DNA of 64,000 nucleotides from Candidatus Eiseniibacteriota bacterium (GTDB lineage Bacteria; Eisenbacteria; RBG-16-71-46): NCBI GenBank assembly GCA_963776245.1, contig CAVZLN010000003.1, positions 960,001 to 1,024,000 of the forward strand, read 5' to 3'. Shown piece by piece: positions 36,310 to 47,023 of this stretch (position 1 is its first letter; each line of letters starts with the position of its first letter). The notes under the pieces were generated by a model. It saw only the letters and a program-made list of their open reading frames with translations, ran no database searches and was not told where the DNA came from. The position numbers and the translations under genes were made by a program.

Positions 36310-36814
36310 ACTCACGCCGCAGGAGCGGCTGCAGCCCGCGCTGCTCGACCGGCTCACGGACGACGAACCCGACACCAAGGTGGAGGCGCGGGACCGGCGG
36401 GTGCTGTCCCTGCGGAGGCTGCGCGAGAGCGTGCTGCGGGACATCGCCTGGCTGCTCAACACGGGCAACCTCGAACAGCTCGAGGACCTCGCCGACTTCC
36501 CGGAGGTCACCCGGTCGACGCTCAACTACGGCCTGCGCGACCTCTCGGGGCTCACGCTCTCGCAGGCCAAGCTCGGCGAGCTGGAGCGGACCGTGCGACG
36601 GGCCATCCTGGACTTCGAGCCGCGCGTGATCCCGGCGACCCTCAAGGTGCGCGCGGTGGGGGCCGCGGACCAGATGAACCGCCACGCGCTGTCCTTCCAG
36701 ATCGAGGGCGACCTCTGGGCGCAACCCGTGCCGCTCCACCTGCTGCTGCGCAGCGACATCGATCTCGAGTCCGGCGACCTCAGCATCACCGAGGCGCCCG
36801 AATCGCGGCGCTAG
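36302..36814 (+). CDS. tssE: T6SS baseplate protein TssE (gp25-like)
   Basis: ERLQPALLDRLTDD, SVLRDIAWLLNT, STLNYGL.DL, FEPR and IEGDLWAQPVP. Confidence 0.95.
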   Translation: MAELTPQERLQPALLDRLTDDEPDTKVEARDRRVLSLRRLRESVLRDIAWLLNTGNLEQLEDLADFPEVTRSTLNYGLRDLSGLTLSQAKLGELERTVRRAILDFEPRVIPATLKVRAVGAADQMNRHALSFQIEGDLWAQPVPLHLLLRSDIDLESGDLSITEAPESRR

Positions 36815-36833
36815 CCCGTCCCGGAGAGCCGGC

Positions 36834-38722
36834 ATGAAACGCAAACTGCTCGAGTACTACAACCGCGAGCTCCAGTTCATGCGGGACATGGGCGGTGAGT
36901 TCGCGCGCGCCAATCCCAAGATCGCCGCCCGCCTGTCGCTCGACGAGTTCGAGTGCGCCGATCCGTACGTGGAGCGCCTGCTCGAGGGCTTCGCCTTCCT
37001 CGCCGCGCGCATGCAGCTGAAGCTCGACGCCGAGTTCCCGCGCTTCACGCAGCACCTGTTCGAGACGGTGTACCCGGGCTACCTCGCGCCGCTCCCGTCC
37101 ATGGCGGTGGTGCAGTTCGAGCCGGACCCGGGCGAGGGCTCGCTGGCCTCGGCGGCTGCTCGTGCCCCGGCGGAGCGCGCTGCGCGGCGTGCTGCCGCAG
37201 GGGCGAGCAGACGCCGTGCGAGTACCGCACCGCGCACGACGTGAGGCTGTGGCCCATCGAGCTCACCGAGGCCGAGTACTTCCACTTCTCGGGAGCGGCC
37301 GCGTCGCTGAACCTGCCCTCCGGCCTCGACGACCGGAAGCTCAAGGCCGCGCTGCGCATCCGCCTGCGCACCACCGGGGGCCTGCGCTTCCACGAGCTGC
37401 CGCTCGGGGAGCTGCCGGTGTTCCTGCGCGCCGGCGAGGAGCGCGCGATGCGGCTGTACGAGCAGGTGCTGGCGAACGCCCGCGCCGTGGTGCTACGGCC
37501 GGTGGGCGGGCAGGACCCGTGGCACGAGGTGCTGGACGCCGGCTCGGTCCGCCGGGTCGGCTTCGACGAGGAGGAGGCGCTGCTGCCCGCGGGGCCGCGG
37601 GGCTTCAGCGGCTACGCCCTGCTGCGCGAGTACTTCGCGCTGCCGGCGCGCTTCCTGTTCGTCGAGCTGACCGGCCTGAAGCCCGGGGTGCAACGCTGCC
37701 GGGGCAGCGAGCTCGAGATCGTCGTGCTGTTCGACCGCTTCGACCCTTCGCTGGAGGGCAGCACCGGCGCGTCCGACTTCGCGCTCTACTGCACGCCGGT
37801 CGTGAACCTGTTCCCGCGCCGCGCGGAGCGCATCACGCTGTCCGACCGGGACACCGAATCGCTGGTGGTGGCGGATCGCACGCGAGCGCTGGACTTCGAG
37901 ATCGTGCGACGTGCTCAAGGTCGAGGGCTACGGCGCCGGCGGCGAGCGCGAGCAGGAGTTCCTGCCGTTCTACTCCACCGTGGACGCGCGGCGCCGCGAG
38001 GAGCAGCGCGCGTTCTTCTCGCTGCGGCGGACGCAACGCCTGCTGTCCGAGCGCGAGAACCGGGCCGGGGCGCGTTCGAGCTACCTCGGCAGCGAGGTCT
38101 ACCTCTCGCTGGTGGACGCCAACGAGGCGCCGTACGCCTCGGACCTGCGCGAGCTCGCCCTGCAGGTGCTGTGCACGAACCGCGACCTGCCGTTCGAGCA
38201 GCCGGTGGGCGCGGGGCGCACGGACTTCACCAGCCTCACGGGCGCGCCGGTGCGCTCGATCCGCTGCGTGGCGGGGCCGACGCCGCCGCGCCCGTCGCCG
38301 GCCGAGGGTGAGCTGGCGTGGAAGCTCATCAGCCACCTGTCGCTGAACTATCTGTCCCTGACCGACCTCGACGAGCGCCAGGGCGCCGCCTCGTTGCGCG
38401 AACTGCTCGCGCTCTACGCCGACCTCGGTGACCCCGCGACCGTGCGGCAGATCGAGGGCCTGCGCAGCGTGACCACCCGGCCCACGCTCCGCCGATCGTG
38501 AGCGGCAGCCAGCTCAACTACGTGCGGGGCCTCGAGGTCTCGGTCACGTTCGACGAGAGCGCGTTCCACGGCTCGGGCGCGTTCCTGCTGGGCGCGGTGC
38601 TCGAGCAGTTCTTCGCGCGCTACGTCTCGCTCAATTCCTTCACCGAGACCGCGGTGTGCACGCTCGAACGCGGCGAGATCAAACGATGGCCGGCGAGAAT
38701 CGGGACCCGGGCGCTCCTGTAG
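36834..38722 (+). CDS. tssF: T6SS baseplate protein TssF, with several frameshifts (about 37150-37200, 37905, 38490)
   Basis: YYNRELQFMR..GGEFA, DPYVERLLEGFAFL, GY.LLREYF..P.RFLF, LYCTPVVNLF, CTNRDLP, WKLISHLSLNYLSL and FFARYVSLNSFT spread over four frames. Confidence 0.92.
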
Positions 38723-39753
38723 CCCTCGGCGACGCGCTCGCCCAGGAGCCCTGGAAGTTCCACTTCTTCCAGGCGCTGCGGCGGCTCGAGTGCGCCCACG
38801 GCGACCGCCCCCGGCTCGGGGAGTCCGTGCGCGCCGATGCCGACCGGGTGCGGCTCGGCCAGGACGCCTCGATGGCGTTCCCGCCCTCGATGGTCTCCGG
38901 GTTCGAGGCCCCGGGCGAGGGTCTGCCACCGCGGCTGGCGGTGTTCTTCCTCGGGCTCTTCGGTCCCAACGGGCCGCTGCCGCTCCACCTCACCGAGTAC
39001 GCCTACGACCGCCAGCACAACGCGCACGATCCCACGCTGTCGCGCTTCGCCGACATGTTCCACCATCGCGCGCTCAGCCTGTTCTACCGCGCGTGGGCCA
39101 ACGCGCAGCCCCACGTGGAATACGACCGGCCCGCCGCGGATCGCTACTCGCTCTACCTGGGTGCGCTGATCGGAAACGGGCTCGGGACGCTGCGCGACCG
39201 CGACGCGCTGCCGGACTCGTTCCGACTGCACCACGCGGGGCACCTCGCCGGGCGCACGCGCCCTCCCGAAGTGCTCGCGTCGATGCTCGCCGACTACCTG
39301 CGCGTCCCGGCGCGCGTGGAGGAGTTCCGCGGGCACTGGATGCGGCTGCCGCGGGGGTTCCTGTGCCACCTCGGCGAATCGGCCGACACCGGGCGCCTCG
39401 GCGTCAGCGCCACCGTCGGCGAGCGGGCGTGGGACGTGCAGGGCCGCTTCCGCGTCGTGCTCGGCCCGGTGGACTACGCCACCTTCCAGCGCTTCCTGCC
39501 CGGGGGCGCGAGCCTCGAACGCGTGAACGCGCTGGTGCGCAGTTTCATCGACCGCGAATTCGAGTGGGACATGCAGGTCGTCCTGCTCCAGGATGAGGTT
39601 CCCGGTGTCCGGTTGGGGGAGTCCGGGTGGCTGGGCTGGACGAGCTGGTTGCTCGCCGGGACCGCGACCGAGGATGCCGACGACTACGTGATCGTACCTG
39701 AACTCGTCTCGCCGCCGGCGCGTGCCCGCTCCGGGAACGCCGCGAGCGACTGA
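38686..39753 (+). CDS. tssG: T6SS baseplate protein TssG
   Basis: FFQALRRLE, GLFGPNGPLPLHLTEY, F.DMFHHR.LSLFYRAW, FLPGG and LGWTSWL. Confidence 0.95.
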   Translation: MAGENRDPGAPVALGDALAQEPWKFHFFQALRRLECAHGDRPRLGESVRADADRVRLGQDASMAFPPSMVSGFEAPGEGLPPRLAVFFLGLFGPNGPLPLHLTEYAYDRQHNAHDPTLSRFADMFHHRALSLFYRAWANAQPHVEYDRPAADRYSLYLGALIGNGLGTLRDRDALPDSFRLHHAGHLAGRTRPPEVLASMLADYLRVPARVEEFRGHWMRLPRGFLCHLGESADTGRLGVSATVGERAWDVQGRFRVVLGPVDYATFQRFLPGGASLERVNALVRSFIDREFEWDMQVVLLQDEVPGVRLGESGWLGWTSWLLAGTATEDADDYVIVPELVSPPARARSGNAASD

Positions 39754-39771
39754 TCGTGAGGAGCCCCGCGC

Positions 39772-42508
39772 ATGGCTGAGATCGGACGTGCCGCACTGTT
39801 CGGCAAGCTGAACCCCATCGGATACCGGGCGATCGAAGCCGCCACCGTGTTCTGCAAGATGCGCGGCAACCCCTACGTGGAGCTGGTGCACTGGGTGCAC
39901 CAGATCCTGCAGCTGCAGGACTCCGACCTGCATCGCATCATCCGGCAGTTCAACCTCAACCCCTCGAACGTCGCGCGCGACCTCACCGAGGCGCTCGACC
40001 GCCTGCCCCGCGGCGCCAGCACGATCTCCGACCTCGGCTCCAGCGTCGAGGAATCCATCGAGCGCGGCTGGGTCTACGGCACGCTCATGTTCGGCGAGTC
40101 CCAGGTGCGCACCGGGCACCTGTCGTGGTGGGCATCCTCAAGACCCGCGGCCTGCGCAGCGTGCTGCACGGGATCTCCAAGGAGTTCGAGAAGGTCTCGG
40201 TGGACACGCTCACCGAGCGCTGGGCGGAGTTCGTCGGAGGCTCGCCCGAGGAGAACCTGCGGGCCAGCGACGGCTTCGAGGCCGGCGCCGCGACCGGCGG
40301 GACCGGCGGCGAGCCGGCGCCGGCCGCGATGGGCAAGCAGGAGGCGCTCAAGAAGTTCTCCGTCGACCTCACCGAGCGCGCGCGCAAGGGCGAGATCGAC
40401 CCGATCGTCGGCCGCGACGAGGAGATCCGCCAGATCGTCGACATCCTGATGCGCCGGCGCCAGAACAACCCGATCCTCACCGGCGAGGCGGGGGTGGGGA
40501 AGACCGCGGTGGTCGAGGGCTTCGCGCAGCGCATCGTCCGCGGCGACGTGCCGCCCTCGCTCCAGGAGGTCACCGCTGCGCTCGCTCGACGTCGGCCTGC
40601 TGCAGGCCGGGGCGAGCATGAAGGGCGAGTTCGAGAACCGGCTGCGCCAGGTGATCGACGAGGTCCAGTCGTCGCCCACGCCCATCATCCTGTTCGTCGA
40701 CGAGGCGCACACCCTGATCGGCGCGGGCGGCTCGGCCGGCACCGGGCGACGCCGCCAACCTGCTCAAGCCCGCGCTGGCGCGCGGCACCCTGCGCACCGT
40801 CGCCGCCACCACGTGGGCCGAGTACAAGAAGTACATCGAGAAGGACCCCGCGCTCACGCGGCGGTTCCAGGTGGTGCAGGTCGACGAGCCGAGCGAGGAG
40901 AAGGCCATCCTCATGATGCGCGGCGTGGCCTCGACCCTCGAGAAGCACCACCGCGTCCAGCTGCTCGACGCGGCCATCGAGGCCGCGGTGCGCCTCTCGC
41001 ATCGCTACATCCCGGCGCGCCAGCTCCCCGACAAGTCGGTGAGCCTGCTGGACACCGCGTGCGCGCGGGTGGCGATCAGCCAGCACGCGATGCCGGCGGA
41101 GGTCGACGACTCGCGGCGGCGCATCGAGGCGCTCGAGACCGAGCTCGAGATCATCGGACGCGAGCAGACCATCGGGCTCGGCGTCGGGAGCCGCGAGACC
41201 GACGCGCGCGCGCAACTCGAGACCGAGCGCGCGCGGCTCGCGGCGCTCGAGGAGCGCTGGAAGCGCGAGAAGGACCTGGTCGACCGGATGCTCGCGCTGC
41301 GCGCGCGGCTGCGCGGGGTGACCGGGACGGTCGAGACCACCGGGAGCCCGCTCGAGCAGGCGGCGCAGCGCGCCGCGGAGGCCGCGGACGCGCCGCCCCC
41401 GGCGCTCACGCCCGCCGAGCGCGAGGCCGCGCTGGCGGAGCTGGCGGGCGTCATGGCGGAGCTCGCCGGACTGCAGGGCGAGACCCCGCTCATCCTGCCG
41501 AGCGTGGACGAGCAGGCGGTGGCCTCGGTGGTGCAGGACTGGACCGGCATCCCGGTCGGCCGCATGGTGAAGAACGAGATCGAATCCGTGCTGCGGCTGG
41601 CCGAGAGCCTCGGCCAGCGCATCATCGGCCAGGACCACGCGATGCGCATGATCGCGCGCCGCATCCAGACCTCGCGCGCCAAGCTCGACAATCCCAACAA
41701 GCCGATCGGCGTGTTCATGCTCGCGGGCACCTCGGGGGTCGGCAAGACCGAGACCGCGCTGGCGCTCGCCGAGTCGCTGTACGGCGGCGAGCAGAACCTC
41801 ATCACCATCAACATGAGCGAGTTCCAGGAGGCGCACACGGTCTCCACGCTCAAGGGCGCGCCCCCCGGATACGTCGGCTACGGGGAGGGCGGGGTGCTCA
41901 CCGAGGCGGTGCGACGCCGGCCCTACAGCGTGGTGCTGCTCGACGAGGTCGAGAAGGCCCATCCCGACGTGCACGAGATCTTCTTCCAGGTGTTCGACAA
42001 GGGCTGGATGGAGGACGGCGAGGGCCGGGTCATCGACTTCAAGAACACGCTGATCCTGCTCACCACCAACGCCGGCACCGACCTGATCGCCGGCCTGTGC
42101 AAGGACCCCGAGCTCATGCCCGATCCCGAGGGCATCGCCAAGGCGCTCCGCGAGCCGCTGCTCAAGGTGTTCCCCCCGGCGCTGCTGGGCCGGCTGGTGG
42201 TCATCCCGTACTACCCGCTCAGCGACGAGATGATCGGCCGCATCGCGCGGCTGCAGCTGGGGCGCATCCAGAAGCGGGTCGCCGCCCAGCACAAGCTGCC
42301 GTTCTCGTACGCCGACGAGGCCGTCCAGCTCATCGTCAGCCGGTGCACCGAGCTCGAGAGCGGCGGGCGCATGATCGATGCCATCCTCACCAACACGGTG
42401 CTGCCGGCGATCAGCGAGGAGTACCTCCGGCGCACCATGGAAGGGCACGCCATGTCCCGGGTCCACGTGAAGGTCGAGGCCGGGGAGTTCGCCTACGACT
42501 TCGACTGA
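39772..42508 (+). CDS. clpV: T6SS AAA+ ATPase ClpV (TssH), with frameshifts near 40120, 40575 and 40745
   Basis: [57 protein letters not shown] and LLDEVEKAH. Confidence 0.95.
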
Positions 42509-42536
42509 GCGATCCCGGGCGCCGGCCGCGGGCGGC

Positions 42537-42565
42537 TTGGACGCGAAGGACGGTCGGTCTATGCT
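42537..42565 (+). promoter_or_regulatory. Candidate promoter TTGGAC-N17-TATGCT for the envelope operon
   Basis: -35/-10 with 17 nt spacer between the clpV stop and the AGGAGG RBS of 42612. Confidence 0.5.
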
Positions 42566-42611
42566 TGATGTACCCGTGTCTCCGCCCGACATCCCCTCAG
42601 GAGGAAACCCG

Positions 42612-43754
42612 ATGGCGCCCCGCGTTCGGCAGTCCCTCGTGGCGATCGCGCTGCTGCTGGCGACCGCCTCACTGGTCGGCGGCGCGGTCCGCCAGGCGCC
42701 GTCCGGCGGCGTGAGCGCCGTGCCCGCGGACTTCGCGCAGGATCCCCTGCTCTACGTGCTCGAGCTGCGATCCGGAGAGGCGCTCGCGCACTGCGAGGCG
42801 GTGTTGAACGATCCCGGCGCCCCGCCCGCGCTGCGCCGCCAGGTGCTCATCACGCTGGCCACCATCCGGCTGGGGCAGAATCGCAACGGGCAGGCGCGCG
42901 AGGCCCTGTTGCAGATGCTGGAGGGGGACCCGACCGGCGACCTCGACCAGCCGCAGCGGCTCCCGCGCCCGATCCGCCAGCTGTTCTACCATCTGCGCGA
43001 CAGTGTGTGCACCTCCCAGCGCGCCGCGCTGACCGACGCCGGCAGCCTGGTCGCCGACATCCGCACGCTCGCGATCGGCGACATCGAGGCGAACGTGGTG
43101 GTGAAGACGAAGTACGACGCGGGGAACCTCTGCCGCGGGCTCGCGCAGGTGCTGATGACCGATCTCCAGGGGGCGACCCCGCTGAAGGTGGTCGACCGCC
43201 AGCGGCTCGAGATGCTGCTCGAGGAACTGAAGCTCAACAAGGACCCGGCGCTGATGGATCCGGACTCCCGCGTCCGCATGGGCCAGCTCTGCGGCGCCCA
43301 GTCCTACCTGTTCGGGCAGCTCATGACGCTGGACCAGAACAAGGTGCGCCTCGACCTGCGGTGGGTGAACACGGCCACCAGCGAGGTGCTGCTCGCCCGC
43401 GGCGCGGAGGGCAGCGTCGCCACCACCGACGACCTGTTCAAGCTCGAGCGCAAGGTCCTGCTCGAGCTGCTGCTGCCCCAGATGCAGCGCATCCTCGACA
43501 GCACCGGCACACCGGGCGACCTGCAGAAGCAGATCGAGAAGTACATGGACGGCAAGCGTCGCGCGATGCCGAGGAACTCCGCCTACGTGCCGGCTCTCGA
43601 AGCCACCGGGATGGCACTCGCGCAGGAGAACGCCCAGCAGTACGACGCCGCGGCGGCCACCTGGCAGCGCGTGGCCACGCTGAATCCGGCCGACTCGCTC
43701 GCGCGGGTGCGCGCTCAGTCGCTGGGCGCCTATCAGAAGCTGCGGAAGGGATAG
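42612..43754 (+). CDS. Exported TPR + CsgG/TolB-N/FlgO-like domain protein
   Basis: Signal peptide; TLAI.D, GLAQVLMTDL, LKVVDRQRLEMLLEELKL, RMGQLCGAQSYLFG and RLDLRWVNTATSEV. Confidence 0.7.
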   Translation: MAPRVRQSLVAIALLLATASLVGGAVRQAPSGGVSAVPADFAQDPLLYVLELRSGEALAHCEAVLNDPGAPPALRRQVLITLATIRLGQNRNGQAREALLQMLEGDPTGDLDQPQRLPRPIRQLFYHLRDSVCTSQRAALTDAGSLVADIRTLAIGDIEANVVVKTKYDAGNLCRGLAQVLMTDLQGATPLKVVDRQRLEMLLEELKLNKDPALMDPDSRVRMGQLCGAQSYLFGQLMTLDQNKVRLDLRWVNTATSEVLLARGAEGSVATTDDLFKLERKVLLELLLPQMQRILDSTGTPGDLQKQIEKYMDGKRRAMPRNSAYVPALEATGMALAQENAQQYDAAAATWQRVATLNPADSLARVRAQSLGAYQKLRKG

Positions 43755-43760
43755 CCCGCC

Positions 43761-45074
43761 ATGGCGACCGGCGTGAACCTCCGAGGCGCCGTGGTGACCT
43801 GCGGCGCGCTGGCGACCTGGATGCTCCTGACCGCGGCCCGCGCTCCCATCCAGCAGGTGCGCGACGGGGATGCCGCGGGCGCGGTGACCGCGCTCGAGCA
43901 GGCCGAGACCCGGGCGCCCCGCGATCCGGGCGTGAAGCGCGCGCTCGGCGTGGCGCTGCTCGAGTCCGGCGACGCCGCCGGAGCGATCGCCAAGCTCGAG
44001 GAATCGCTGCGGTTGCGGCCGCGCGATCCCGCGGCGCTCTTCGAGCTGGGCCGGGCCGCCGAGCGCGCGGACCGGCCGCAGCTCGCGCTCGACGCCTATG
44101 GACGCTATCTCGCCCTCGGCGGACCCGGCTCCCCCGAGGTGCGCGCGCGGGTGCGCGAGATCTCGCTGGGGAGCATGCGCGAGGTGCTGCGCCGGGCCCT
44201 CCAGACCGAGCACGCGGCGGGGGTGGATTCCATCCCGCTCAACACCGTCGCCGTGCCGCCGTTCGCGGTCACCGGACTGCCGGACTCGCTCGCCCCGCTG
44301 GCGCGCGGGCTCGGCCAGGTGATGTGCACCGACCTCAGCCAGGTCGCGCGCCTGCGCGTCCTCGAGCGCCAGCGTCTGCAGGTGCTCCTGGAGGAGCTCG
44401 ATCGCGCGACGCCGCGGGTGCAGGGCCCGGCCGGGAGCGGGGCGCCGCGCGAGGTGATGGACCGCGCCTCGGCGCCGCTCGCGGGCCGGCTGCTCGGCGC
44501 GCGCCGCTTCGCGCAGGGCGGGCTGTCGCCGCTCGCCGCCGGCCGCGTCCAGCTCGATGGCGCATTGCTCGACGTCGCGGACGCCTCGTTGCGCACCACC
44601 GGGCCGCCGGTGAGCGGCGAGATGCACGATGTGCTCGCGCTCGAGAAGGCGCTGGTCTTCCAGGCGCTCGACTCGCTCGGCGTCGTCCCGACCCCGGCCG
44701 AGCGCCGCGCCATCGGCGCTCCGCCCACCCGGAGCTTCCCCGCGTTCCTGGCCTACTCGCGCGGACTGGTGTTCGAGGATCAGGGGCGCACCGCGGACGC
44801 GCTCGGGGAGTTCCGCCGCGCGATCGTGCTCGACCCGTCGTTCGCGCTCGCGCGGCAGCAGCAGGCGGTCCTGAGCGTGACCCCGGCGGACCAGGCGGCG
44901 CTGGACCGCCGCCAGCAGCAGTCCGCGATGGCGCCGGACGACTCCGGGTCCCGCCTGCTCCAGAGCGGCATGGAGGTCGGGCTGCGGCTGGGGCCGTCAC
45001 CGCACGACCCGGACGTGCCGCCGGGGGCGCGGGTCCAGACCGTGAACGTGAACATCGTCATCACCCCGCGATGA
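43761..45074 (+). CDS. Exported TPR + CsgG/TolB-N-like domain protein
   Basis: N-terminal TPRs; TVAVPPF, GLGQVMCTDLSQV..LRVLERQRLQVLLEEL, GRLLGA, PTRSF.AFLAYSRG and LDPSFALA. Confidence 0.72.
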   Translation: MATGVNLRGAVVTCGALATWMLLTAARAPIQQVRDGDAAGAVTALEQAETRAPRDPGVKRALGVALLESGDAAGAIAKLEESLRLRPRDPAALFELGRAAERADRPQLALDAYGRYLALGGPGSPEVRARVREISLGSMREVLRRALQTEHAAGVDSIPLNTVAVPPFAVTGLPDSLAPLARGLGQVMCTDLSQVARLRVLERQRLQVLLEELDRATPRVQGPAGSGAPREVMDRASAPLAGRLLGARRFAQGGLSPLAAGRVQLDGALLDVADASLRTTGPPVSGEMHDVLALEKALVFQALDSLGVVPTPAERRAIGAPPTRSFPAFLAYSRGLVFEDQGRTADALGEFRRAIVLDPSFALARQQQAVLSVTPADQAALDRRQQQSAMAPDDSGSRLLQSGMEVGLRLGPSPHDPDVPPGARVQTVNVNIVITPR

Positions 45075-46240
45075 GAGGGCCCTTCATGCATGCGCGCGCG
45101 CTTCAGGTCCGGTCGGTGACGCTCGGGGCGCTGGCCGGCGTGCTCGCCCTGTGCTCGCCCGTGCGGGCGGTCACGATCTCGAGCGTGTCGCTGCCGGTCG
45201 AGTACCGCTCGTGGACCATCGGGGCCGGGCTCACGGGGAGCGAGACCCGGCTCGAGCAATCCCACCTCCCGGTCACGCTGCACCTCGGCCTGAGCCCGGC
45301 CCTCGACTGGGTCACCTCGTGGGCCGGCGGGCGGTCGGACCTGGGTGAAGCGGGCGCGTTCTCGGCGCGCCTCGACGGCACATCCGCCGTGATGACCCAG
45401 ATGTTCTGGAGGCTCGCCGACGACCACCTGATGCTCCAGACCGGCGTGACGGTCCCTTCAGGAAAGCACGCGCTCTCGGTGTCGGACCTGGCCATCACGC
45501 AGCTCACCAGCCTGCCGGTGCTCGGCTACGGGCTCAAGCGCTACGGTCGCGGGCTCGAGTGGGGAGCGGGAGCGACGCTCGCGTTCCCGCTCGCGTCGGG
45601 AGCGGCGGTGGGATCGATCGGGGCCGGGACTGTGCTGCGGCGGCCGTACCAGTTGATGGTGGAGCGCGAGGACTACCAGCCGGCGTCGGAGTTCGCGGTC
45701 ACCGGGGGCGCGGGCCTGGGCCCGGCCGGTACCGGCGGCCGTCCGCTCCATCTCGATGCCACCTACCGGCTCTTCGGCAAGGACCGCATCGGCGGTCAGG
45801 ACCTGTTCGAGGAGGGGGACCAGCTGGAGCTGCAGGCCCGCGGCCGGACCGGGGGCGAGGGCCTCCAGACGCAGGCCGCGGTCCGCGCCGTGCTCAAAGG
45901 CGACAATCTCGCGATCGCGCCGGCGGACGCTGCCATCGGGAGTCTCAAGTCCAACTCCGGGAACAGCGTGTTCGCGCGGCTGCGGGCCAGCAGGCCGGTG
46001 GGCCGCTTGCGGGCCGGACTGGCCGGCGAGTGGGACGTCACCACCGGCAGCGATTCGTTCGGCCGCGACGGGCACGCGTTCGGGGCGGGACCCACGCTCG
46101 ATCTCCCGCTCGGCGAGCAGCTCCGCCTCCAGCTCGACGGCGAGTATCTGTGGGGCACCCTCGACGGGATCGCGGGATCCGGCTCGATCGCGCTCCACGG
46201 GCTCGCGCTCTCCGCGAACCTCCTGTGGGTGACCCGATGA
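45071..46240 (+). CDS. Putative outer-membrane beta-barrel protein
   Basis: Signal peptide; alternating amphipathic strands; C-terminal LALSANLLW beta-signal-like segment; ATGA overlaps at both ends. Confidence 0.5.
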   Translation: MRGPFMHARALQVRSVTLGALAGVLALCSPVRAVTISSVSLPVEYRSWTIGAGLTGSETRLEQSHLPVTLHLGLSPALDWVTSWAGGRSDLGEAGAFSARLDGTSAVMTQMFWRLADDHLMLQTGVTVPSGKHALSVSDLAITQLTSLPVLGYGLKRYGRGLEWGAGATLAFPLASGAAVGSIGAGTVLRRPYQLMVEREDYQPASEFAVTGGAGLGPAGTGGRPLHLDATYRLFGKDRIGGQDLFEEGDQLELQARGRTGGEGLQTQAAVRAVLKGDNLAIAPADAAIGSLKSNSGNSVFARLRASRPVGRLRAGLAGEWDVTTGSDSFGRDGHAFGAGPTLDLPLGEQLRLQLDGEYLWGTLDGIAGSGSIALHGLALSANLLWVTR

Positions 46241-46950
46241 TCCCGATCCTCCGCGAGGCCCGCCCATCCGTCCTCGATGCGATCCTCGTCGCCGCCGTGG
46301 CGCTGGCGTTCTCGGGGCTCGGCTGCTCGCGCGCGCTGCCGACGGCGGGGCGGAGCGTGCCGTTGCGCATCGAGCTGGCGGTTCCGGCACGCCCGTCGGT
46401 CCCCGGCACCGGGGCGCAGAGCGTCGCCGGTTGGACCGAGCTCGACTCCATCCGTGTCTCCGCCTACGACATCGGAACCGACCTGCTGAGGGCGGTGGTG
46501 ACGTTCAAGCCCACCGTCGGGGTTCCGGCCCAGGGCGCGGTGCTGGTGTTGCCGTATGCCCCGAGCTACCGGATCACGGCGGAGGGGCTCGGGCGGCAGA
46601 CCTACATCTCGCCGCAGGGAATTCCCGACTCCAGCCTGGCGGGGCTCCAGTACTACGGCGAGCAGGTGGTGCGACTCACCCCCGAGGGAGCGACAGCCAG
46701 CATCGACTTCCGCGACATCGTTCCCTATCCGGGGTTCACGGGCTACGTCGCCGCGGGATGGCGGATCGCCTGGGCACCGATCCCCGGGGCGGTGAGCTAC
46801 CTGGTCACCGTCACGGGTGGGGAGGTCTTCGGCTCGACGGACACCTCGTTCATCGTCCCGCCGACCATCGACCTGGCCCGCGTGAGCGCGCGGCTGCCGC
46901 GCGGCGTGCAGAGTGCGTTCAGCGTCGGGGTACCGTCTCCGGGGTATTGA
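46237..46950 (+). CDS. Putative lipoprotein, beta-rich with FnIII-like C-terminus
   Basis: Hydrophobic leader ending GLGC; W.PIPGAVSY.V motif. Confidence 0.5.
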   Translation: MIPILREARPSVLDAILVAAVALAFSGLGCSRALPTAGRSVPLRIELAVPARPSVPGTGAQSVAGWTELDSIRVSAYDIGTDLLRAVVTFKPTVGVPAQGAVLVLPYAPSYRITAEGLGRQTYISPQGIPDSSLAGLQYYGEQVVRLTPEGATASIDFRDIVPYPGFTGYVAAGWRIAWAPIPGAVSYLVTVTGGEVFGSTDTSFIVPPTIDLARVSARLPRGVQSAFSVGVPSPGY

Positions 46951-47023
46951 CTACCCTCCAGCGGCGAATGGAGCAGGGAGAAGCCCCTTCGCCCCGCGGG
47001 CCGCGGCGCGGATCCCGAACGCT

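Noticed and set aside
33299..42508. Programmed ribosomal frameshifting in tssC, tssF or clpV
   Set aside because: No slippery heptamers at the shift sites; multiple scattered indels fit sequencing error better
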